Assembly: GCA_017475705.1 (NCBI GenBank)
Contig: JAFVFB010000008.1
Span: 17,483 to 81,482 of the forward strand
Source: Alphaproteobacteria bacterium
GTDB lineage: Bacteria > Pseudomonadota > Alphaproteobacteria > RF32 > CAG-239
DNA length: 64,000 bases
Reading direction: 5' to 3'
A program made the position numbers and the translations under genes. Numbering within the stretch: the stretch's first letter is position 1; each line of letters begins with the position of its first letter. Under the pieces are notes generated by a model, which ran no database searches, had not been told where the DNA came from, and was given only the letters and a program-made list of their open reading frames with translations. Below are positions 53,751 to 63,296 of the stretch, one piece after another.

Positions 53751-54744
53751 AGCTGAAATCATTAGACATCTGGAAGATGAAGAACATCAACAAGAGTTGT
53801 TTCAAAAAGCCGATGCAATACGCCATCAATATGTCGGAGATGAAGTTCATTTGCGCGGATTAATAGAATTTTCAAATATCTGTCGCAACCAATGCTTATA
53901 CTGTGGCATCCGCTGTGGAAACACCAAGCTCTTACGCTATCGAATGCTAGAAGACGAATTAATTGAAACAGCCCGAAAAGCAGCGGTATTGGGATTTAAA
54001 ACGGTTGTGATGCAATCGGGTGAAGACACTTATTATACGCAAGTACGTCTCTGCCGTGTGATAGAAGCAATAAAAAAATTTAATGTAGCTGTGACTTTAA
54101 GCATTGGAGAACGAGATTATGCAGATTATAAAGCTTTTAAGGAAGCTGGAGCGGATAGATATCTAATGCGTATAGAAACAACCGATAAAAAGCTATATCA
54201 CAAACTTAACCCCAAAATGAGTTGGCAGCATAGATATGAATGCTTATTGGCTTTAAAAGAATTGCACTACGAACTAGGTTCAGGAATTATGGTTGGGTTA
54301 CCAGAGCAAAGTATTGAAAGTATTGCTGATGATTTGCTGTTTTTAAAAAAATTACCAGTGGATATGGCGGGGATCGGACCTTTTATACCACATCCCGATA
54401 CGCCATTAGCTCATCAGCAAGGTGGAAAGCTGGATTTATCTTTGCGCACAATGGCCTTGATGCGGCTATTACTTCCGGATATTAATATTCCGGCCACAAC
54501 AGCAATGGAAAGCTTACATCCACAAGGCAGAATAATGGCCTTAAAGGCAGGAGCTAATGTTGTTATGCCTAATGTAACAGAAGGGGAATATCGCCGCCTA
54601 TATGAACTTTATCCTGGAAAAATTTGCATCAATGACACACCACAACAGTGTCGAAATTGCTTAAGTGTGAAAATTAAAATGTTAGGACGAACCATTGGTA
54701 CAGGATATGGTGGGCATCATAAAATAGCTAAATTTCCAGAATAA
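53737..54744 (+). CDS. hydE: [FeFe]-hydrogenase maturase HydE (radical SAM)
   Basis: Start at ATG 53737 (SD aaaggag) overlaps the mnmA end by 14 nt. YVGDEVHLRGLIEFSNICRNQCLYCGIR, VVMQSGED, GADRYL.R.ET, GIGPFIPHPDTPLA, NIPATTAM and YPGKIC are the HydE blocks as I remember them from Thermotoga HydE. Confidence 0.8.
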   Translation: MQLSKAEIIRHLEDEEHQQELFQKADAIRHQYVGDEVHLRGLIEFSNICRNQCLYCGIRCGNTKLLRYRMLEDELIETARKAAVLGFKTVVMQSGEDTYYTQVRLCRVIEAIKKFNVAVTLSIGERDYADYKAFKEAGADRYLMRIETTDKKLYHKLNPKMSWQHRYECLLALKELHYELGSGIMVGLPEQSIESIADDLLFLKKLPVDMAGIGPFIPHPDTPLAHQQGGKLDLSLRTMALMRLLLPDINIPATTAMESLHPQGRIMALKAGANVVMPNVTEGEYRRLYELYPGKICINDTPQQCRNCLSVKIKMLGRTIGTGYGGHHKIAKFPE

Positions 54745-54746
54745 AA

Positions 54747-55538
54747 TCAAAAAAAATTTTTTTCGACTTCAAAAAAATAGTCAATAGTTGATTTTTCAAG
54801 CAGAGATGCAGCTTCTTCATCACATAAAATAATGGCGTGAGGGTGCTGTTGTAACACCGATAGCGGACAAGCATGGCTGATAGCCCCTTCAATACCAAGT
54901 TTCAAAGCCGCTGCCTTTTGTTTTCCTGTAGCTAAAATTAAAACTTCTCTAGCATCCATAAGAGTCTGAAGCCCCACTGTCAAAGCACGAGTTGGAACTT
55001 TAGTAGTATCATTATTAAAGAAACGGGCATTGGCTTTAATGGTACTGGCAGCTAAAGTTTTTACTCTGGTACGCGATTGGAGTGATGAAAAAGGTTCATT
55101 AAAAGCGATGTGTCCATCTTCACCGACACCTCCGATAAATAAATGAACGCCGCCGGAATGTTTAATGGCCATTTCATAAGCCTCACATTCTTTAACTAAA
55201 TCATGACACATGCCGTCAGGTATGTGCGTATTTTGTGCTAAAATATCGATATGTTTGAAAAAATTTTCTTGCATAAAAAAATGATAGCTTTGAGGATGAG
55301 AGGCCGGTAGTCCGACATATTCATCCATATTAAAAGTAACCACATGTTTGAAAGATAATTTGCCTTTTTGATATAAAGATATCAGTGCTTTATACATGCC
55401 CAAAGGTGTGGAGCCAGTAGGCAAACCCAATACGAAATGATGATCTAATGAAGGATGAAAAAGGCCAATGCAATAAGCAACATAATACGCAGCCCACTCA
55501 GCCACCTCAGTTTTATCCTTTTTTATAATGACGCGCAT
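54747..55538 (-). CDS. nagB: glucosamine-6-phosphate deaminase (canonical copy)
   Basis: [37 protein letters not shown]. Confidence 0.93.
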   Translation of the reverse strand: MRVIIKKDKTEVAEWAAYYVAYCIGLFHPSLDHHFVLGLPTGSTPLGMYKALISLYQKGKLSFKHVVTFNMDEYVGLPASHPQSYHFFMQENFFKHIDILAQNTHIPDGMCHDLVKECEAYEMAIKHSGGVHLFIGGVGEDGHIAFNEPFSSLQSRTRVKTLAASTIKANARFFNNDTTKVPTRALTVGLQTLMDAREVLILATGKQKAAALKLGIEGAISHACPLSVLQQHPHAIILCDEEAASLLEKSTIDYFFEVEKNFF

Positions 55539-56710
55539 ACCTCTTTCCCTCTATGAAACAATTTGCCTTGAACAATGGAATACAACACATTTAATCGCTG
55601 ATCCAAAACAATAAGATCAGCATCATAACCAGGAGCAATGATGCCCAAATGATCTTGTTTCATAATATGAGCTGGATTAGTAGAAGCCATACGCACAGCC
55701 TGCTCCATATGAAAACCATAAGAAATAATGTTCTTAACACTATCTAACATAGTGAGTGCCGATCCGGCAATAGCATGGTCGGATTGGCGGTAAAAGCATT
55801 GATCTAAATAAACTTCTTCGCCATTTGCGATTAGCGGTTTCTTTTTTTGTTTTGTGGTTTTGAGGGCATCCGTGACTAATACCACTTTATCAGCAGCTTT
55901 GCAGGTCAATAAGAACTTAATAATTTCAGGATTAATATGAATACCATCAGCAATAATTTCACAAGAAAGTTCCGGATGGATAAAAACTGCACCAACAGCA
56001 CCAGGATCCCGATGATGCATGCGGCTCATGGCATTAAACAAATGGGTGACATGCATGATTCTGGTCTGCATCCCTTCAACCATTTGCTCATACGTAGCAT
56101 TAGTATGTCCAGCCTGTAAGACAATGCCTTTGGATAAGCAGTATAAAGCAAGCTCACGCATATGGGGAAGCTCCGGAGCAACCGTCATATTAACAATATG
56201 TCCCATAGAGACTGCCCAAAATTCTTCCATAAGAGACAAATCAACCGGCATAACCGATTCTCTAGACTGAACACCTAATCTTTCTGGTGAAATAAAAGGG
56301 CCCTCGAGGTGCATACCTAAGATCCTTGCTCCTTTTTCTTTGCCCATAGCTCTAGCAATAGCACGTATGCCAAGCAACATTTGTTTTTTGGGCGCAGAGT
56401 ATAGGGTTGGAATAAAAGAGGTAATTCCGTAAGGCAACAAAAGTTCGGACATTTTTAAGATGGAATCAACAAGAGCATCCTCTGTTCCATAACCGCCAAA
56501 TCCATGAATATGTGTGTCAATAAAACCGGGAACTACATTAGCACCTTTGGCATCAATAAAATATGTATTTTTAGAAAAATTTTTATTGTTGAAACGGTCT
56601 TCATTAAAGACATCAACAATTTTATTTTTTTTGATACGAACAGCGCAATTTCTCATAGAAGAAAAGCCGTTAAAAACGGTTGCATTATGAATACAAATTT
56701 CAGAAATCAT
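55523..56710 (-). CDS. nagA: N-acetylglucosamine-6-phosphate deacetylase
   Basis: GFIDTHIHGFGG, HLEGPFIS, THLFNAMS, amidohydrolase fold. Overlaps the nagB start by 16 nt. Confidence 0.9.
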   Translation of the reverse strand: MISEICIHNATVFNGFSSMRNCAVRIKKNKIVDVFNEDRFNNKNFSKNTYFIDAKGANVVPGFIDTHIHGFGGYGTEDALVDSILKMSELLLPYGITSFIPTLYSAPKKQMLLGIRAIARAMGKEKGARILGMHLEGPFISPERLGVQSRESVMPVDLSLMEEFWAVSMGHIVNMTVAPELPHMRELALYCLSKGIVLQAGHTNATYEQMVEGMQTRIMHVTHLFNAMSRMHHRDPGAVGAVFIHPELSCEIIADGIHINPEIIKFLLTCKAADKVVLVTDALKTTKQKKKPLIANGEEVYLDQCFYRQSDHAIAGSALTMLDSVKNIISYGFHMEQAVRMASTNPAHIMKQDHLGIIAPGYDADLIVLDQRLNVLYSIVQGKLFHRGKEVCASL

Positions 56711-56873
56711 CTTAAAACCCCAGTAAGATGGTAAATAACATTATTGTATAAATGATAAAACAGGGAAAAGATAAAAACAAGTTTTATCTTTAGAATTAGG
56801 AGAATATTTTGTGACTTGCTATTTCTATTTTATTTTTATAAACTAACAACGCAAACATAATAAAGAGGAGCAG

Positions 56874-57416
56874 ATGTACTACTGTACATATAATCAATCA
56901 CCAGTTGGAAATTTGTTGTTGGCTAGTGAAAACGGCGAGTATTTAACGGGGCTATGGCTGGAAGGTCAAAAGTATTATCCAGAAAGTATTCCTAATAAAA
57001 AAGAAGAAAATCCTAATTTGAAAATTTTTGTAAAGACCAGTAAGTGGCTCGATAATTATTTTAGTGGAGGTAACCCCACGGTAGAGACATTGCCTACTGC
57101 GCCGCAAGGGACAGCATTTCAAAAAAAAGTATGGCAGATTCTTAGCCAAATTCCATATGGAAAAACAATCACCTATGGTGATATTGCTAAAAAAATGGTA
57201 ATCAATGATAAAAGAAGTAAATTTTTAGCACGTGCGGTAGGCTCAGCCGTAGGACATAATCCTATTTCAATTATTATTCCGTGCCACCGCGTATTGGGAC
57301 TAGGCGGAAAGTTGACGGGTTACGCTGGCGGAATAGCAAACAAATGTATACTACTAAAATTAGAAGGGATAAAGATTAACGATGAAACAAACAAAAAAAT
57401 ATCGCATTATCGGTAA
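56874..57416 (+). CDS. ogt: methylated-DNA--protein-cysteine methyltransferase
   Basis: Active site IPCHRV. YGDIA helix-turn-helix block. Confidence 0.9.
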   Translation: MYYCTYNQSPVGNLLLASENGEYLTGLWLEGQKYYPESIPNKKEENPNLKIFVKTSKWLDNYFSGGNPTVETLPTAPQGTAFQKKVWQILSQIPYGKTITYGDIAKKMVINDKRSKFLARAVGSAVGHNPISIIIPCHRVLGLGGKLTGYAGGIANKCILLKLEGIKINDETNKKISHYR

Positions 57417-58662
57417 TATGACCGGTAACTCTATGGATGCAATAGATTTGATACTGACAGAATTTGAGGGAAATAATATTAAGGATATTTGCACATACAC
57501 CAAGCCCTACGATAAAGATATGCAAATAAAAATTAATACTCTACGCCAACTTGTACATAACAAAACTGCTGAACAGATTAGGCAAATACCTGAATTTTTA
57601 GCTATCCATAACGAATATATCCGCCAAATTGCTGAATGTGTTAAGGAATTATGTTATAGAAATAAACAGTCTGTAACAAGCATTGATGCTATTGGATTTC
57701 ATGGTAAAACATTAGACCATAATCCGCCCTCAAAGGCAAAAGAAGATGGCTCTTTTCCTTATACGTTGCAGATGGGATCCGGACAGATGCTAGCTGACTT
57801 AACGGCTATTCCAGTTGTTTACGATTTCCGCTCAGATTGGTTGATGGCTGGATATGAAGGCGCTCCATTAGTGCCACCCCACAACGCACATATTGCTGAG
57901 ATTGAGGGCGACGGAATATACTATAATGGTGGTAATACAGCAAATTTCGCATTGATAAGAAATAAACAGGTAATAGCGAGCTCTGATGCCGGACCTTTTA
58001 ATGAATATATAGATGGCTTTGTGCGCCAGAATACAACCATGGCCTATGATCAGCAGGGCATCATGGGAAAGAACGGGCAGTTAGATATAAATTTGTTACA
58101 AAAAACATTTAAGCTAGGAAGAAAATTTTATGACCGGGCACTGCCAAAATCTGGAGATCCTGCATACTATCAGCAAGATAAGCTGTTTCATTATGTACAG
58201 CAGGAACAAATTAGATTTGAAGATGCTCTGCACACTTTTGAGTATTTTGCAGCTTATATCGCCGCTTATACCTTAACACAAATACCTGAAAATATAATTT
58301 TTCCTGAAAATATAATTTTGTTTGGGGGCGGATGGAAAAATCCTATAGTTTATCAAAGTTTTACCAAGATGCTGAAAAATCAAGCGCAAATTTTGCCAGA
58401 ACACCAAGAAGCTTTTAAATGTTTATATCAAAAATTACCATCCACGCTGGAGGTGCACTATTCACAATTTGGTGCATACATGGAGGCTCGATTATTTGCA
58501 GATTTAGCATATCATAAATTAATTAATAAGCCATGGAAAATGCCAGAAACAGATACTCCCATCGTCTGCGGAATAATAGCAAAGCCAAGCAGACAGCAGC
58601 AGAGTTATCCAGATTGTATCAATCGTGCTGCAAAAGGCTGGCAAAAAAATAGAGTTAAATGA
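57382..58662 (+). CDS. anmK: anhydro-N-acetylmuramic acid kinase
   Basis: N-terminal IIGNMTGNSMDAIDL (compare GlMSGTSlDGiD), GFHGKT, GGG.KN. Overlaps the ogt end by 35 nt. Confidence 0.8.
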   Translation: MKQTKKYRIIGNMTGNSMDAIDLILTEFEGNNIKDICTYTKPYDKDMQIKINTLRQLVHNKTAEQIRQIPEFLAIHNEYIRQIAECVKELCYRNKQSVTSIDAIGFHGKTLDHNPPSKAKEDGSFPYTLQMGSGQMLADLTAIPVVYDFRSDWLMAGYEGAPLVPPHNAHIAEIEGDGIYYNGGNTANFALIRNKQVIASSDAGPFNEYIDGFVRQNTTMAYDQQGIMGKNGQLDINLLQKTFKLGRKFYDRALPKSGDPAYYQQDKLFHYVQQEQIRFEDALHTFEYFAAYIAAYTLTQIPENIIFPENIILFGGGWKNPIVYQSFTKMLKNQAQILPEHQEAFKCLYQKLPSTLEVHYSQFGAYMEARLFADLAYHKLINKPWKMPETDTPIVCGIIAKPSRQQQSYPDCINRAAKGWQKNRVK

Positions 58663-58689
58663 TGTAACAAAATTTTCACATTGCATAAA

Positions 58690-58717
58690 TTGACAAAAAA
58701 ACAAAAAATGCTATAAT
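58690..58717 (+). promoter_or_regulatory. consensus sigma70 promoter (TTGACA-16-TGc-TATAAT)
   Basis: TTGACA at 58690-58695 and TATAAT at 58712-58717, preceded by TG. Confidence 0.6.
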
Positions 58718-58752
58718 GAAATAATAAAGCTGTTGTTTATAGGAGAAAGACC

Positions 58753-60339
58753 ATGGCAAGAAAGAAGAAAACTGAGTTGGTTAAAGTTGCTCAAAGACTA
58801 AAAGATGATCATCGCCAAGCCAGTATGAAAATATGGTTGACCAGAGTGCATATGGATAAAGATTTAACTCAAAAAATGGTCGAAAAATATGGCTCTGAAT
58901 ACGCATATACCATTATGTTACGGGCTATGATTGAACCGACAAATCTGATGAAAGATATGGGCAAAACATTCAAAAATTCTAAAATGGCAATCCAATATTT
59001 TTTGGAAAACGAAATTTCTGTACAGAATATTGCTAAAGTTATAGGTAAAAAAGTAAATGAAGTCGAAACAACGATGGCTGAAATCAAACACAATCCGCCA
59101 GCAGTAGAGCAAGAACAGGACTTAAATATCAAAAAGGCAGAAATAGTGACAAAAGGAAAAGAACAAAAGTTCAATACCTCAGTCAATGCTCAAGCAAATG
59201 CAAAAGAAAAATTAATCAGAGAAGCTGCCCTAAAAAGACCACAGGAACTGGCTAGAGGAGAGATTGTTGATACATTCAAAGTACCACCGATGAAAAAGCC
59301 TAATATCAAGATAACAACTAAAAAGCAACAATCTCAACAAGGAACAGATGAGGCTCAAATATCATATACCATAAAGGATTTGGCAAAACAAAATACGATA
59401 GAAAAAAAGCCCAACACACCAATAAATAAAAACACACAATTAACGGCTAAGGCGCAAGACGACTATGAAAGAATAAGAAAAGAGACACATGAGAAACAAG
59501 AAAGGGAAAAGGCTTTCGATAAAAAAGCAGATGCGGTAAAGCAAAAACCAAAGCCCAAGACAGCGAATAATTCAAAACAGAGCAGGTTAGAAAAATTAAG
59601 AAGTGTAGATCATTTGACATACCAAGTGATTGCGCGCCAAGAAGGTATTATTTCATCAGTAAGTCCGGATCCGGGAGATAATGTCCCAAGTATTGCCTTT
59701 GGAAATAGGGAAAATCCTAAAGGTCAACCAGTAAAAGCTGGTGATAAAATTAAAGATGCCAAGGAACTGAAATCCTATTATAACCATCATATGGAAAAAT
59801 ACGTTTATCCCGTCATGGTCAAAAACTTTCATGTCGAAAATATGACGCCTGAGCAAATTGTAGCTGTATCAGATATGATTTATAATATGGGGCCTGGAAA
59901 ATGGAATACAGCATATAAAGAATTGGTCAAGGAGCTTAATGCCTATTTTGATGATAATAACAATACCAAAGCATTGGTAGCGGCGCAAGCTAAAGTGAGA
60001 AAATATGTTTTTTCTAAAAATGGGGAAATTAAGGTATTGCATGTGAGAAGAGATATGGAATGTCGCTTGTTAGCAGGAAGAATTTCTTTAACAGACCCTA
60101 AAAATAAACATTATATTGATATTAAAAAAACATCGATGGACTCTCTAAACAACATTGTTAAGGGGGGCATTACAAATTATAGAAACGTTGGCAAAATATC
60201 TGACGATTTATATGTGCAAAAAGTGACTTCAAAGAAGGGGGCAAACTTGGATTCATATGTCAAATATATGTTTGCCCCAAGTAATAAGCAAACAGTAATC
60301 GCCGCCAACAGCCAAGAGAAAGGCAAAGCCCGGTCATAG
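58753..60339 (+). CDS. hypothetical 528-aa protein with a C-terminal lysozyme-like (GH24-type) region
   Basis: SD aggagaaag, no signal peptide. ARQEGIISSVSPDPGDNVPSIAFG (E-x8-D, then Ser at +7) and MTPEQIVAVSDMIYNMGPGKW (compare l...q..AL.Sf.fN.G.g.f). The N-terminal ~280 aa are K/E/Q-rich and unrecognised. Confidence 0.55.
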   Translation: MARKKKTELVKVAQRLKDDHRQASMKIWLTRVHMDKDLTQKMVEKYGSEYAYTIMLRAMIEPTNLMKDMGKTFKNSKMAIQYFLENEISVQNIAKVIGKKVNEVETTMAEIKHNPPAVEQEQDLNIKKAEIVTKGKEQKFNTSVNAQANAKEKLIREAALKRPQELARGEIVDTFKVPPMKKPNIKITTKKQQSQQGTDEAQISYTIKDLAKQNTIEKKPNTPINKNTQLTAKAQDDYERIRKETHEKQEREKAFDKKADAVKQKPKPKTANNSKQSRLEKLRSVDHLTYQVIARQEGIISSVSPDPGDNVPSIAFGNRENPKGQPVKAGDKIKDAKELKSYYNHHMEKYVYPVMVKNFHVENMTPEQIVAVSDMIYNMGPGKWNTAYKELVKELNAYFDDNNNTKALVAAQAKVRKYVFSKNGEIKVLHVRRDMECRLLAGRISLTDPKNKHYIDIKKTSMDSLNNIVKGGITNYRNVGKISDDLYVQKVTSKKGANLDSYVKYMFAPSNKQTVIAANSQEKGKARS

Positions 60340-60356
60340 CAAATACAAGGCATAAA

Positions 60357-60806
60357 TCAACGTTTACTTTGAAAAAAAGTGCTTAATAAATCACTGCACA
60401 TATCAGCCAATATGCCGTGACAAACTTCTGGTTTATGATTACAACTGGTATCTTCAAAGTATCTTACACCATTGATAATTGCGCCACCTTTTTTATTTTC
60501 AGCACCAAAAACAACACGTTTTATACGCATCAAGGAAATCGCAGCCGCACACATAGCACATGGTTCTAAGGTGACATATAAGGTGCAGTCCCACAAGCGT
60601 TTTTGTTCATTTTGAATAGCACTAAGAGACATAGCCTGAACTTCTGCATGAGCCATAGCATGTAGCCCATGTTCACCGCTATTATGTGCAGTTGCTAGAA
60701 TCTCGCCTGTTGGTGAAACAACCACTGCGCCGACTGGAACTTCATCTTCTGCAGCGGCCAGACGTGCCTCCTTTAAAGCTAATAACATGTATTCTTCATC
60801 ATTCAT
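60357..60806 (-). CDS. tadA: tRNA-specific adenosine deaminase TadA
   Basis: Start at ATG 60806. VPVGAVVV, HAEVQA, PCAMCAAA zinc motifs. Confidence 0.93.
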   Translation of the reverse strand: MNDEEYMLLALKEARLAAAEDEVPVGAVVVSPTGEILATAHNSGEHGLHAMAHAEVQAMSLSAIQNEQKRLWDCTLYVTLEPCAMCAAAISLMRIKRVVFGAENKKGGAIINGVRYFEDTSCNHKPEVCHGILADMCSDLLSTFFQSKR

Positions 60807-60813
60807 GGTAAAA

Positions 60814-61695
60814 CTAATTATACTTTGTCCATTCTTGAACACCTTGTTGCATCCATTGAGGAAGTTCATCCAAACCAGATGCCCCAGAAGCCTTTTTATG
60901 GCCACCTCCACCTAAAGTAGCAGCAATGGCAGAAACATCAACATCATCTCTGGTCGTCCGAAATGATAAATTCCATTTATGTCGTTTGTTCAAGGAAAAA
61001 CTTACCATAAAATGGTAATTTTTGATATTATCCAGCGATTCAAAAAAGTCAGATCCCGCTTGAGCCATATTTGCAGCAATAAAACGTAACTCGCCGAATT
61101 TCCCTTCAAAAGCCATATTCCGAACCAGACGGTAATCACGATGTTTAATATAAGACAAAATAGCTAAGCCCTTTTCGACCATTAAGGGAATATCTATTTT
61201 ATCTTCAAATAAATCGCGCCACACTTTTTCATAAGGGCGGTTGACACCCAAAGATAAAAAGGCATATTCAAAAGGACGAACTCGCTTGTCTCTTAAATCA
61301 AATAAATCATTAAGAGCCAGGAGATGAACACCTTCTGGCACAGAATTATCAGGGAAAAAATACTTCCAAGTTAATTCAATAGCAGCATTATCAATAGCCC
61401 GTAAGCCTTTTATGCCAAAGCCAAGTTCATGTTCTTTCATGTATTGCTCATAAGCTTGAATGGCAGAGGCATGGTGATCTATCCATATTAAATTTTTTTC
61501 AAGATGAAGCTTAAACATGTATTCCATTGGAAAAGAAATATCACAAATAATCACATCATGGTGTTTCTCAATCTCTTCATAAGGAATTTCTTGGTCGTAA
61601 TTATATCCGAGTAATTCACAATCTTTATGCAAATATCTGACAATTGCTGCAGAACCTTTACCATCATGGTCGGCAGAATGATATACACAAAGCAT
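60814..61695 (-). CDS. DHH-family phosphoesterase
   Basis: YHSADHDG (motif I), ICDISF (motif II), WIDHHAS (DHH, motif III), GGGGHKKASG (DHHA1 GGGH). Confidence 0.75.
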   Translation of the reverse strand: MLCVYHSADHDGKGSAAIVRYLHKDCELLGYNYDQEIPYEEIEKHHDVIICDISFPMEYMFKLHLEKNLIWIDHHASAIQAYEQYMKEHELGFGIKGLRAIDNAAIELTWKYFFPDNSVPEGVHLLALNDLFDLRDKRVRPFEYAFLSLGVNRPYEKVWRDLFEDKIDIPLMVEKGLAILSYIKHRDYRLVRNMAFEGKFGELRFIAANMAQAGSDFFESLDNIKNYHFMVSFSLNKRHKWNLSFRTTRDDVDVSAIAATLGGGGHKKASGASGLDELPQWMQQGVQEWTKYN

Positions 61696-61727
61696 TTTTT
61701 CCCCTTTCTGTTTTTAGGATGACGTAG

Positions 61728-63089
61728 TTAAGCAAAATATTCACGCAAATAAGCAGGTAAATCTTCCACTAAAACACGAACTTGTTGCATGCTGTCTCGA
61801 TCACGTAAAGTAACACTTTCAGGTGTTTGTTCTAATGTTTCAAAATCAACTGTCAAGCATAGAGGTGTACCAATCTCATCATGACGGCGATATGCTTTAC
61901 CGATATTTCCGGTATTTTCTAATGCAACACGCCCAATTCCGAGTTTCATCAGATTTTTCTTCAATTCATGACACTTGGCCATAATTTCCGGGCTATTCTT
62001 TTTTAGTGGAACAATGGCAACTTTAATCGGCGCTAAATGCTTTTTCAATTTTAAAACAATGCGGGAATTTCCATCACCCAAATCTTCTTCATGATAAGCT
62101 TCCACTAATATAGCAAGCATTGCTCGATCAATACCCATTGAAGGTTCAATAACAAAAGGAACAATCCATTTATTCTGCTCTTCATCTCTAATACAGAGCT
62201 TAGTGGTTGAATCATGATTTTCATGGCAGTGAGCTTCTAACTGGAATTCTTCTTGGTTTTTAGTATGATTACCTAAATCATAATCTCTTCTGTTAGCGAC
62301 CCCTTCTAATTCATCAAACCCCCATGGAAATTTATACTCAATGTCTGTACAAGCTTTAGCATAATGAGCTAATTCGTCTGGTTGTTGATCGTAAATTTTG
62401 AGATTATCAGAAACGACACCTTGATCACGCCACCATTGAATGCGATTTTGCTTCCATATTTCATGCCATTTTTCATCTTCTCCCGGCTTTACAAAAAATT
62501 CTAACTCCGCTTGTTCAAATTCACGTGTGCGGAAAATAAAATTTTTAGGAGTGATTTCATTGCGAAAGCTTTTCCCGATTTGTGCAATTCCAAACGGCAA
62601 TTTACGAGAGGTGGCATCAACCACATTTTTAAACTGTGTAAAAATAGCCTGAGCTGTTTCAGGTCGTAAATAAGCAACGGCGTCTTCATCTACCACCGGG
62701 CCAAGCTGTGTTTTAAGCATAAGGTTAAAAGGACGAGGTTCTGTTAAATCAGTAGAACCACAGTTAGGACATACGCCATTGATATGATCAGCTCTAAAAC
62801 GGCCTTTACATTTCTTGCAGTCCACCATCGGATCTGAAAAAGTATCTTCATGACCGGAGTAGTGCAAAACTTTCCGATTCGTGACAATCGCAGCATCAAG
62901 TCCTTCAACATCATCACGCTCATAAACCATAGCACGCCACCACGCCGCCTTTATGTTATTTTTTAATTCAACACCTAATGGACCATAATCATACAAACCT
63001 TGTAAACCACCATAGATATCAGAATTCTGAAATATAAAACCACGTCTTTTGCATAAAGAAACGATTTGTTCCATTTGTGTCGCTGCCAT
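61728..63089 (-). CDS. glyQS: glycine--tRNA ligase, single-chain (alpha2, GlyQS type)
   Basis: 453 aa. [52 protein letters not shown]-terminal anticodon-binding domain. Confidence 0.92.
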   Translation of the reverse strand: MAATQMEQIVSLCKRRGFIFQNSDIYGGLQGLYDYGPLGVELKNNIKAAWWRAMVYERDDVEGLDAAIVTNRKVLHYSGHEDTFSDPMVDCKKCKGRFRADHINGVCPNCGSTDLTEPRPFNLMLKTQLGPVVDEDAVAYLRPETAQAIFTQFKNVVDATSRKLPFGIAQIGKSFRNEITPKNFIFRTREFEQAELEFFVKPGEDEKWHEIWKQNRIQWWRDQGVVSDNLKIYDQQPDELAHYAKACTDIEYKFPWGFDELEGVANRRDYDLGNHTKNQEEFQLEAHCHENHDSTTKLCIRDEEQNKWIVPFVIEPSMGIDRAMLAILVEAYHEEDLGDGNSRIVLKLKKHLAPIKVAIVPLKKNSPEIMAKCHELKKNLMKLGIGRVALENTGNIGKAYRRHDEIGTPLCLTVDFETLEQTPESVTLRDRDSMQQVRVLVEDLPAYLREYFA

Positions 63090-63296
63090 ATTTATCCTCT
63101 TATTAAGTAATTAAAAAACTGAAGGCCAGTATATACATTCCAATAAAAATTGCAATGTATTTTTTTTCAGGCAGTAATCAAAAAACGCTATGATAATAAT
63201 GTTTAATAAAATCTCAAAGTATCCTTTTATTTAATTAATAAAATTCTAACTTTTTAATGCTATTATAATACATCAATAAATAAATGGGGCCGTAAA

